Below are positions 52,388-63,000 of a stretch of DNA of 64,000 bases, in pieces (within the stretch, counting starts at the first letter, position 1; each line of letters opens with the position of its first letter). The notes beneath the pieces were generated by a model. It was not told where the DNA came from. It made no database searches and saw only the letters and a list, made by a program, of their open reading frames with translations. Origin of the DNA: a virus; IMG/VR virus record IMGVR_UViG_3300020192_000001, positions 3,117-67,116 of that record; one strand, 5' to 3'. A program made the position numbers and the translations under genes.

Positions 52388-52556
52388 AAAGGTTCATGGA
52401 GGTTCATGGTTTCTGCTCCGTGAACCTAAAAGTCCATGGACCTAGCCTGAAAACAGGGTTCAGGGTCACGGTATACAAGTATTACCTGTGACCCCTGACC
52501 CTTTCCAAGTTTGGATTTCGGCTATGGCGATTGGGTTCAAGCTGCCTTGAACCCTC
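52388..52556. repeat. Cluster of direct and inverted RGGTTCA-like repeats (candidate origin)
   Basis: AGGTTCATGG x2, TGAACCT, GGGTTCAGGGTCAC/GTGACCCCTGACCC, GGGTTCAA/TTGAACCC. Confidence 0.5.
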
Positions 52557-52582
52557 CGAAGAAAAAAAGCTCTCCCATAAAT

Positions 52583-52603
52583 TTGCAAATCACTTGCATC
52601 TTG
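52583..52603 (+). promoter_or_regulatory. TTGCAA-N5-TTGC motif
   Basis: TTGCAA ATCAC TTGCAT upstream of putative TerS. Confidence 0.5.
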
Positions 52604-52677
52604 ACTTTTTTCCGGCCAGCGCAATTATCGCCTCGTGCCCTCGATCCCCAAAAAATCCCAGCCCACTCCTCGCCGCC

Positions 52678-53280
52678 ATGCCTGCCCCCGTTGACTGGTC
52701 CTCCGTCGGCGGTATCGTCGCCGTCGAGATGCTCGTCCGACAACTCGGCCCCCGCGAAGCCTCCCGCCAACTCAACTTGTCCCCGAAATCCTCCGAAGCC
52801 CTTCGCAGGATGTCTTCCCGCCGCAAATGGTGGGCCGACAAGCCCGCCCCTCGCTACTCCCCAAGCCACGCTGATGTCCCCGACCATGTCCCCAAGGCCG
52901 ATAAATCCCGAAATCCGGGACAAATCGTCCAAAAACCCATGTCCCCGTTTGTCCCCACGGCCTCCCAGGCCCTCGAAAACTGCCATTTGGAAAACGGACG
53001 CCGGGGCCGCGTAGCCGCTAGTATGCTCTCCCGCAAGGCTTTAGAACATCTAGCCAATCAGGAGCCCGCTTCCATCGTCGCCTCGTCACGCCAGGCAAAA
53101 GACCTCAACGAGGTATCCGCCAAGGCTGGGGGATGGTCCGACGACGCCACCGGGGCGAAAATCACCATGAATATCGCCCTCCTCGGCACGGCCCTCCCGG
53201 ATGGCCTCAAAGGCAACTACATTTTCGCGGATGAGGCCGATATTCCGATTCAGATCGAAACTGAACCGGCAAGCAATTAG
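52678..53280 (+). CDS. Putative terminase small subunit
   Basis: VDW...HTH...LRRMSSRRKW N-terminus typical of TerS-like proteins; precedes a long noncoding skew-switch region. Confidence 0.45.
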   Translation: MPAPVDWSSVGGIVAVEMLVRQLGPREASRQLNLSPKSSEALRRMSSRRKWWADKPAPRYSPSHADVPDHVPKADKSRNPGQIVQKPMSPFVPTASQALENCHLENGRRGRVAASMLSRKALEHLANQEPASIVASSRQAKDLNEVSAKAGGWSDDATGAKITMNIALLGTALPDGLKGNYIFADEADIPIQIETEPASN

Positions 53281-54012
53281 CCGCTTTGCCGTCCACTCCT
53301 CGCTTGACCGTATCGGGCAAGGGGGTTAACGCGGTCGGTAGTCCAGAGGCACCTTCACGGGCATCCTGACGCAATGTTTTTTCGCGGAAATGCCGGATTT
53401 GAGCGATTTCGGCGATTATCGGGGCGAGGCCGGCTAAATCCCCAACCTGTCTGGCTCGGCCTGAGCCCATTCTCAAGCCATCCCGGAACCTGGTCCGGCC
53501 AAGAATCACCGCGCGGCCGGCGGAATTCCCGGCGGATCCTGTGCCATCCGAGAAAATCTTCCCCACCGGCCCGATTCAAAAGGGTTCCAACAGGGTAGTG
53601 GGGAGCCATCCCTGATTTCAATCCGGAATCCTGGGAATTCAATTCACCCTGTTTACGTAGGTAAAACGCCCATAACATCATATAATGCCATTTAGATATA
53701 GTGGAGATGTTTCTCTCTGTATTTCCTGAGCGGTGGGGAGCCATCCCTATTTCTGATTCCTCAACCAGGTTTCATCCAATCTATCCGGTGTTGTCGGTCA
53801 ATGGGATCGGACAGAGACAATCGACACGCACAAGCCATGCCTCTCGGTGCCACGCTTGGGGCAGGGAGGGGCACAGAGCAAGCGGGCGGGCAGGCTTGGG
53901 GCAGGGGGGCACCACCACCACCCGTCCACCCCCCACCATGCCGGTGCGCTGGCCCGACATCTATCAATACCCCCCATTAAAAAAATAATTAAAAAATATC
54001 GGGAATTGGTAT

Positions 54013-54033
54013 TTGCAAATGTCTTGCAATAGT
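54013..54033 (+). promoter_or_regulatory. TTGCAA-N5-TTGC motif
   Basis: TTGCAA ATGTC TTGCAA TAGT upstream of the giant gene. Confidence 0.55.
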
Positions 54034-54061
54034 GGGGGGAAAGTGTAGAGATTTGCGAACC

Positions 54062-57000
54062 ATGGCGGAAACTGAGATTGATTTTTACGGGGATTTCGTT
54101 GCAAGCGGGGTCAAGTATAAGGGATTGAAGGGGGGAAAACCGCTTGAAGAAAGTGGTGTGGATTTTTACGGGGATTTTGTTGCGAATGGGGTGAAGTATA
54201 AAGGGTTGCAAGATGAGGAGATGGAGGAAGAAGAGGTTCCAAAGTTTGATTCGGTGGTTGAAGGTGCGTATGAGGACGCGAAGCTGCCGGATTATCTGAG
54301 GCCATTGGTTCCGGATGGAATAGAGCCTGGGGTTGACAGGGTGAGACAGGAAGTGTCGCGGATTGGCGACCGTATAAATTTGGGAATTTCCGAGTTTGCG
54401 CCTAGGGCGAATGCGGCAGCGGCGCAGGCGTTATCATTGGCGACGAGGATACCGGAGTTACCGATGAGTGTTGTGGATGCGGTGAGTGGGACTGAGTTGG
54501 TGAAAGGGTATCAGGAAAAGAATACTCCGGGGCGAATGTTGGCGGAAGAAGCCCTGCGGAGTACAGCGAGGGCGCAAGAATTTTCAGAGGCAGGCAAGGC
54601 GTTGGGAGGAGGGGCGGAAATTCCGTTGGTAGGGGGAACGGCAGGGGATTTGTTGCAGGAAGCGATTCCGACAGGGCTGCAAGCGGTGATGGACATTGCA
54701 TTTTCAGGGGGAACGGGAGCCGTGAAGGGTTTAGTTGCTCCGGCGAAGACAGGGCTTGAATATATCATTCGGAACGCGACGAGTCCGGCGATGAAGCGTG
54801 TTGGGGCGTTGGCAGGAACCCAGTCGGGGCTTTCGACGCTGAATCAGGAGATGGCGCAGCGGATGGAGAAAGGAGCGGAGTTGTTTGACGCGCAGGGGCA
54901 GGCGATACCCGAGGCCGCATTGGTAGGGGTGACGACGGCGGTATTCACGATGTTGGGCGGGATGACCGGAGCGGAATCGGTGTTGAAGGAATCTGGTGCG
55001 CAGGGGTTAAAGCAGCGGATTGCGGCAATTTTGAAAGAAGGGGCGTTGCAAGAAGCGCCGGAAGAAATGGCGGACGAGGCTGGCGGGCAGATCGCATCAT
55101 TTATTGCCGAAGAGTTTGATGCGAGTGTGGAGAAGGCGGGGACGATGGCGGAGCGGCTGGCGGCAAAGGTGGACGTGGGGCAACTGGCTAAAGCTGGATT
55201 GCTGGGAGGCATTGTTGGTTCAGGTATAACGGGTATTGGGCAATCGGCTGAGGCAATTCAAGGGGCACGAGGGGAGAGAATTGCTGAGATGATTGCGCCG
55301 GTGGTGGCTGAGGCTGCGCAGAGTGGAGCTTCGTTGACGGCGGAGGCGTTGGTGACGAAGGCGAAAGAGGCGGCAGCAGAGCCGCCGCCGGTCGAGCCAG
55401 CACCAACCGATGAAGTTGATTCTGTCTATGTTGAGCCGAGCCTTGAGGAAAAGAAACGAGGACTGCAAGGGTTGATTGATGCCGAGCCAGAGGGAAGTGA
55501 AGTGAGGGAGCAGGCGGAGGGGGAGTTGCGGGAGATAATTGCTGAGGAAAAAAAGTTTCAACAGGAGGAGACCAATGAGCGGAGTGAACCGAAGCAAGAG
55601 CCGCCGGTTGAACCCGGTGAAGTGGCGACACCACAATCAGGAGGGGTTGAAGCAAATCCGCCGGGGGAGACTGTGGTTGAGGGCGAAGGAACTGGCGAGG
55701 AAGTTGGGGGTGAGGTTCCTGCCGTAAGCAAGCCGGCCGAGCAGATGGGCCCGGAGGTCAAGGTTGCTACGGAAGGAACAGAGCGGGAACAGTCCGCCGG
55801 GCTGGATGTTATAGCCTCATGGGATGAGGATTCCATGGAGCATCAGAAAGCCGTCCGTGAATTCATGCGCAGTCGGATCGCAGAGAAAAGGCCAATTTTC
55901 CCGAATCGTTCTCTTGGCTTTGAATATGCCGCCGACAACTCCGGCCTACCGCGCGGCCTGCCGAGTGCCGCCGTGGCCATCGCGAACTTGCAGCCGGGCG
56001 ACAGTATCCGGTGGCGTGGAAAGCAGTGGGCCGTTGACAAAACCAGCAAGTCGCAACTCACGATTAAATCCGGCGATGTGATTGTGAGGATCAAACCAAC
56101 CGGAGCCAAGTGGGAAGCGTTTGTGCGAGACATGGATGGGGAACTCATTGGGCACGCGCACGGCGCACTGGCCCCGGACCTCATGAGGGCATGGCTCCGC
56201 GATCCAATTTCAAATCAGGCGGCCTTCGCGCCATTGACAACAGAGCAAAACAATGAAGAATCAATCAGCAGTGAAACAGGAACCCCGCAAACCATTCAGC
56301 CTGGCAGCCCGCCAGAAGTCGCTGGAGCGGCTGAAAGCCAACCTTCGGAACAATCCGGGGATGGCGAAGGAATTCGAGGCGGTGACGAGAACGCAGTCGC
56401 CAAGCGTGTTGCTCGGGAAGCCGACGCAAGAAGCCGCGTAGCCGCGTTTGAGCGGGAGAACAGCCCGCTTTATACGGGGGCGATGGCGTCTCACCGTGAG
56501 GCTAAGGTTGGCTCATTGGGTGGTGGATTTGAGATCAGCCTCGATGAGCCGAATATAATTCTTACGGACTACGCCAAGCTGGCGGAATCAATGGCCGACC
56601 TTGGAAAGAGGGGGATTGACCCGGCTGGATGGCTTCACCTTGCCATTGACGAGGAACTGAGCCACGTCAGAGATTACAATGCCGAGTCGGACAAGATGGA
56701 TCGGCGGGTATTGCTGGATCGTTTGGAGCAGCAGCTTGACGCGGCGGATTTCAAGGCACTCAGCCTTCTTCGGCCGACAGAGAACGGATTTCACCGCATG
56801 ACGGAATTGCTGCGGATGATTGATCAGGTCCGTCGATTGGGGACTTTCAGTGAAGCGGTTTTCAAGGATCAGAATAACGGGCGTCTCAATGAGGCCATTG
56901 CGAGGGTTGAGGAGATTGCCGGGCGGAGATTCCCGGCATCCATTGAAGATCACCTTGCGAAGATGCGCCAATTTGAGGGAGCGGTTGCCGGGACTGATGA

Positions 57001-60000
57001 ATTCTCCGGCCAGGTGCAGGAAGACAATGGCGAGAACGAGATTGAAGAGGAGCCGCCCGCACCAAAAAAAGCCCCCGCTCCGAAAGCCGGGCCCGTCATC
57101 AGTGAGAATCTCAAAAAAGCACTGGACGATGAATTTGCGGGCTTGCTGGCCATCGCCCCGAACCGCCTCATGGCCGCGTTGCCGGTGCCGGAGCCGCAGG
57201 CGGGTATCCCACAAGAAAAAATCCCCGGCTTCCTCAATCTGGCGAACATGATGTTGGGTGAGAACATTGACACGCCGGAGAAAATGGCGCGAGTTCTCCA
57301 GGATCAATTCAAGGGCCGGGCGAACAAATACAGTCAATCCCTTTGGAATGCGATGGCCATGGTCCAGCCCGAACTGAACGGCGTTCACGATTGGAACGCG
57401 GTCTATGACGGGTTGGAGGCCAACGGCGAGGAGGGATCCCAGCGGGTAAAATCGAAGATCATCACCTACACCACCGCCGGGGGCGAAACGAAAACCGGCA
57501 TTCTCCTGCCCGCGAATTCCACCATCACCGGCGGCAATGCCATCACCCGCGAGGAAATCACCGCCCGGACTCCCTTCGTGCAGGCCCTGCGCGCGGGCAA
57601 CCGCGTGGAAAGTGCAGACCGGCGCGTCCGCTTCGCCCTCAAAGACAACCGCGTGGAACTTCGCGTTCCCTCCGCCCGGCAGACCGGCGGCCAATTCTGG
57701 CGCAACCCCGTGCTCAACTCCGCCATGGAGGGCGGTCAGTTTGTCGAAAAAGGCGCGTGGATGGTGGGTCAGGTCGAGGACATCGACAAGACGCTGAAAT
57801 TCCTCAAGGATTCGGATGTTGCCATTTACTCCTTTGCCAACACACTCCCCAGCGGCGAGGGGATGGACCCGGTTGACTCAGGCATCAATGCGGTGTATGG
57901 AGATGGCAATGCACCCCTCGCCAACACAGACGCCATTCGGGACACCCTTCGATTCCGTCCGCTCGAAGAATCCGAAATTGATGGCCCTCTCAGAGCAAGG
58001 TTGGAACTGGCTGATCAGTATTTTTCTTCAACAGTGGGAACTGGCCCGAGCGGAGGACTTCGGCGCGGAAATATTCGTGGAATGCGAACCGGAATGGACG
58101 AAGGTCCAACATCTTTCTCCGGTTTTGCGCGAGGAGTTGAGGAACTTTTCGGAAAGCGAGTGGTCTTCGTGGCCGGACTATTTGAGGAAATCCCATCTGG
58201 ATTCACTTTCTCAACCAAATTCCCCGAAACCCTCTTTCTAAACGTCGAGGGGAAATACCCCGCAGCGTTCCTGTTGGGGCATGAGTTTGGACACAGCCTG
58301 CAAGCAGGTAATTCCGCCCTCTATGCGGAACTCTCCGACTTCATTCTTTCCAAAGCAAGTGACTGGTCGGACTACGCAAAAGCACGGCTTGCAAACTACG
58401 CGGTGGAAAAACACCCGCGCGAATTCGTCAACGACTTCATCGGCAGCCAGTTCAACGACGCCACCTTCTGGAAAGAACTGGCCGGCACGGATGGCAACCT
58501 GTTCGAGCGGACGATCCGCGCCGCCATCGCCTTCCTGAATTCTCTCAAAAGCCGCGTCTCTTCCATGACGCGCGACGTGCGCCCCTACTTCGACAACATT
58601 GAGGAAGTGCGCAGAAAACTGGCCGAGGCCCTGCTTGAGTACCGCCGGGTTGGCAATCTGGACGCCACCTGGGGCGCATCCAGCGATGTTGAACTCGTGG
58701 CCGGGGACCAAGAGAATACCCGCCACGCCGCGCTGGAAGCGAAGTTCAACGCGGGGACGATCACAGAGGCTGAGACGGAAGAGGCGAAGGGGTTGGTGGA
58801 TGAGGCAATAGTTGGTGCTGTCCGCTCAATGCCAAAAGTCGTGTCCGGTGATACTGTAGATGGACTAGTGGTTCGCGACCACACCCCAAACCAAGGTTCT
58901 GTTCGGGCGAGCATTGACGACCCAGAGTTTCTGGGGTTTAGGGAGTTTCCGATGTCTTGGTTGACGACCAAAGCCGGTAAAGAACAAAAACTGGCCGACG
59001 CAATCACTGAAAGCGGGGAGATAAACCCGCTGATAGTGGTGGTCTCAGGGTCTGAGGAAGGCCCCGCTTATGTCCTGGAGGGGGCGCATCGAATTGACGC
59101 ACTTGCAACTTTAGGCAAAACATCTTTTCCGGCACAAGTTGTTTTTGACTCATCAGAAACCGCCCCGTTCACCGGCGTCCCGCTGGCCGAGCGGTTCGAC
59201 CCCAAAAGCACTGACTCCCGCCACGCCACTTTGGAAGCGAAGCACAACGCGGGCACGATCACGGAGGCTGAGACGGCGGAGGCTCAGGCTTTGGTGGATG
59301 CGGCGGCGAGAACTGAAGCTGAATCAATTAGAGACCAGTTTACCGGAGAGCTTTTGAAACATGAGCATGAATACTACGGGATCAGAGCCATTGACGGGCA
59401 TATTGTTAAAGTTGGACAAAAACTGCGCCCATCGAATGTTTGGAACGACGGCGATAAGACCCGCGAAAAATTAGCGGGCACATCATCTGTAGGAATCACG
59501 GATTACGACAATATTAAAGACCTCCACGAAGAAATAACTGAGGCGATGAACCTCATGGGAATTTCCCCACGCGGGTTTGGAAGGGTTACAGGCAACAGGT
59601 ATTTGGGAGACCAGATTTCGCTTATTGGAGGTCCAAACTCAATGGGCGGAGAAGATATTAAAGAGTCAATTATTGTTAACGCTAAAGTTGTCTCGGTAAT
59701 GGACTTTCCTAGATCCGCCGACCCATTCACCGGCGTCCCGCTGGCCGAGCGGTTCGACCCCAAAAGCGACAGCACCCTTCGCGCCATTGATCCGAAACTC
59801 CTAGCCGGACCCGACCGGGAGCGATTTTCCATCACGGCCCTGGTGCAACTCCTGCGCGAGTTTGGCAACTATCCCACCGTGAACACCCGGCTGGTCTCCT
59901 CCTATGGCCGCTTTGTTGGGGGGGCGCTGAATGCCGTGCAAATTCGCACCCGGCTTTTGTGGGACAAGCCGCTCGCCGCCCGCGTCTTGGGGCATGAAAT

Positions 60001-63000
60001 CGGACATTTTATTGATCTTGCCGTCCGCCCGGAGGGTAAAGGCAAACGGTTTCATGTCCGCTGGCAACCGTTGGTGAATTTCAAAAAGGAAATTGAATTG
60101 CGCAAGACACTCAAGGATGCCGCCCGCGCCCTCTCGCGCGACATGCGCGGGGATTTCGTAAAGGGGGATCCTTACCGCGACAAGCCCACCGAACTTTTCG
60201 CCGATGCCATGTCCGCGATCCTCACCCGGCCCGCATGGACCAAGAATAATCACCCGCTGATTTTTGGCACGTTCCAAAGGATGCTGGACGGCAAGCCAGA
60301 CTTCAAAAAAGCCTACGACGATCTCACCAGCTTCCTGCGCACCGGCGAACTCGACGCGCGCGTGGCCGAGCAGTTGGATGATTCCATCGCCCGGAGCATT
60401 GAGGCGTCCGCAGATTTAGCCGACCCAAAAAAGACAAACCTTTCCCAAAAGCTCAAGCAATGGCTGGTCTCGAAGTGGCACCGCGCCAGCCAGCTTGAAC
60501 AGGAGCGCAACATCAGCGAGCGCAAGATTGACAAGCTGGAGGATGGCGAACTTTTTGCCGCGCGCGTGGGGGCGATTATCTCCAGCGATCTCAAGGAAAA
60601 AGTGCAACCCTTCCTCGATAAAATTTCCGGGGGCGGCATGGAAGCCCGCAAGGTCTTTGGGCGTTGGCTCACAAATAACCGCGTGGTAAAGGAACGTCGG
60701 GCCGCCGGGCAATGGTTGGAACAAGAACCCGCCAAGGGAATTGAAGTCTTGCAGGCCATCATTGATCTGGATTCCCGCCTCGAAGCCAAATGGCAACCGC
60801 AACTTGATGCGCTCAAAGCCAGTCCTACCGGCGATGGAGTCTATGATTTTGCCGCCGCCATGATGCGCGAAGTGTCCGAGACCGCAGAAAAAAGCGCGTC
60901 TTACCTTGGCCGCATTGAAGAGGCATTGGAGAAAATCGGAGACAACCCCGGCGGCCAGGCATTGCTTACCGCCTTCAACGTGCGAGGCATGTTGCTCAAC
61001 CCCTCCGGCATCACCCCGGAGAGTGCGCAGGCCCAGCTTGACAGCATCGAGGCCGATCTCACCCCGGAGGAATTCACCGCCTTGCAGGAGGCCGCCCGCA
61101 ATTTCTTCGACATCGTGCATGAACGCATGGTGGCAGCCCGCCGCATCGGCTTGATCTCCACCGATACGTGGACCGAGATCATCGAGCCCAACCGATACAA
61201 CTACGTTCCCTTCGCCGTCATGGATTACTTCGAGGGCAAGGTCGGAGCAGGCATAAAAGCACAGTATGGCACAACCAAAGACATTGTGGATCCCTACATG
61301 GCCGCACAGTTGAAAATGGGATCCCTGAACCACTGGATGCAACGGCAAATGCAAGTGCTCTATTTGCAGGAGATTTACGACAAAGCCGGAATGGCACTCC
61401 TGCCCACGCGCAAGCTGAAAAACTCCGCCGAGTTGGATAAAATCCGGCATGAGGGGCGCGACGACGACACCAGCCGCCTCACCCTTTGGCAGGATGGCAA
61501 GGCATGGCTCATAGAATTCCCCGAAGACCCAGGCAAGAGCTTTGAAACTGCCTCGGAGCGTCCCGCCTTCTATCAAGACCTGGCCGCAATCTACAATGTC
61601 GCCTTCACCCTGCCGCAATCGCTGCCGCTCGTGGGTGGAAAAACAATTCCCATTGGCCGGGTGCCGCAATATGTGTTGCAGACGTACACCACGCTTTCGC
61701 CCAGTTTCCTCTTTTTCCGCAACGTCATCCGCTCGCTGCGCACCGATGCCAACCGCATCGGTTGGAAGGCCCGCCTCAAGCAAACCGCCACCGGCATGGG
61801 GGAATCCTATCGCCTTGCCGCCAACTACGCCGAAGCTGCTTTTGGCGGTGCCATGCTGCCCGAAGTGAAGCGGATGGTCGAAACCAGTGCCTTGCCTCCT
61901 CCGCAAATCTCCCGTGCTTTTTATCACGATCCGGCCTTACTCAACGAGATGCTCCTCAATGGGGGCATCACCGCCCTGCAACTCGGCAATAGCAAGGCAG
62001 TGACTCCATGGGTAAAATGGCGGAAACTGGAGAAGCTATCCGCCATTCTGGAATCCCAACAAAAAATCCAAGCCTACCTTGCCACGAATTCCAAAACGGG
62101 AAACCCCGCGCTTTCTACCGCCGTGGCTCGCCGGGCCGGTATCCCAAACCCTGGCGTTTACGGCCAATACTCGCAGGCGTTCGAGATGATTTTCCCCTGG
62201 ACCCGCGTGATGGTGCAAGGTTTGCGGTCATCTTTGAATGTCGCCCGCGATCCCGAACTTGGGAAAGGCTTTCTTGCCCGCACCATGATTACGGAGATGA
62301 TCCCTCGCATTGCCATGTACGCCATCGCCTCCGGGCTCATCTCCCGTTGGCTCACCGGCGGGGACGATGACGACGAGGACACTTCCCCGCTTGCCACCCT
62401 GGCCGAATTCTTCCGCCGAGCCTCCCCCTACAAGCTGGCCATTGATAACCTCGTGCCGCTTGGCTGGTATGATCCCGATACCGGGGAATATCATCCGCTC
62501 ACCGCCACCTTTGGCAAACGGCCTTCCGAGATTCCGCAGCAGTGGCAGGCGTGGAGTCTGCGGATGCCTTCCTCCGAAGAAGGCAAAATGTGGGGGGGAC
62601 TGCTTTGGAACATCCTCAGTGGCACGTCGGAAAAAATCGCCATGCCCGGCAAGGGCGTGATCGAGAATGCGGGAAGTTGGTTGGCGGGTAATTCCGTGCA
62701 ACTGAGTCCGGTCTTCAATGTGGCTCAGCAGCAATTTGAGCTTTGGATTCAAGGGCGCAACTCCATCGACAGCTTCCGCAATATGCCCGTGGCCAACCCC
62801 GATATGTACGAGGCGGGGGGCATGGACCGGGTTCAAGCAAATATCGGGGCCCTCTTTAATCAATTCAGCGATTTGGGCGGGTTATTTGGAGGGATTTCGC
62901 AAATGCTCGGACTCGATCCGCGCGCACTCGATCCCGGAAAAGTGAGGCCGGGTATCCCGGCGGCATTAAAATCTTTGCCCCTTCGGGTCTTCTCTTTTGA

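Noticed and set aside
58719-59767. Diversity-generating retroelement TR/VR pair
   Set aside because: Differences between the repeats are not adenine-specific and no reverse transcriptase is present.
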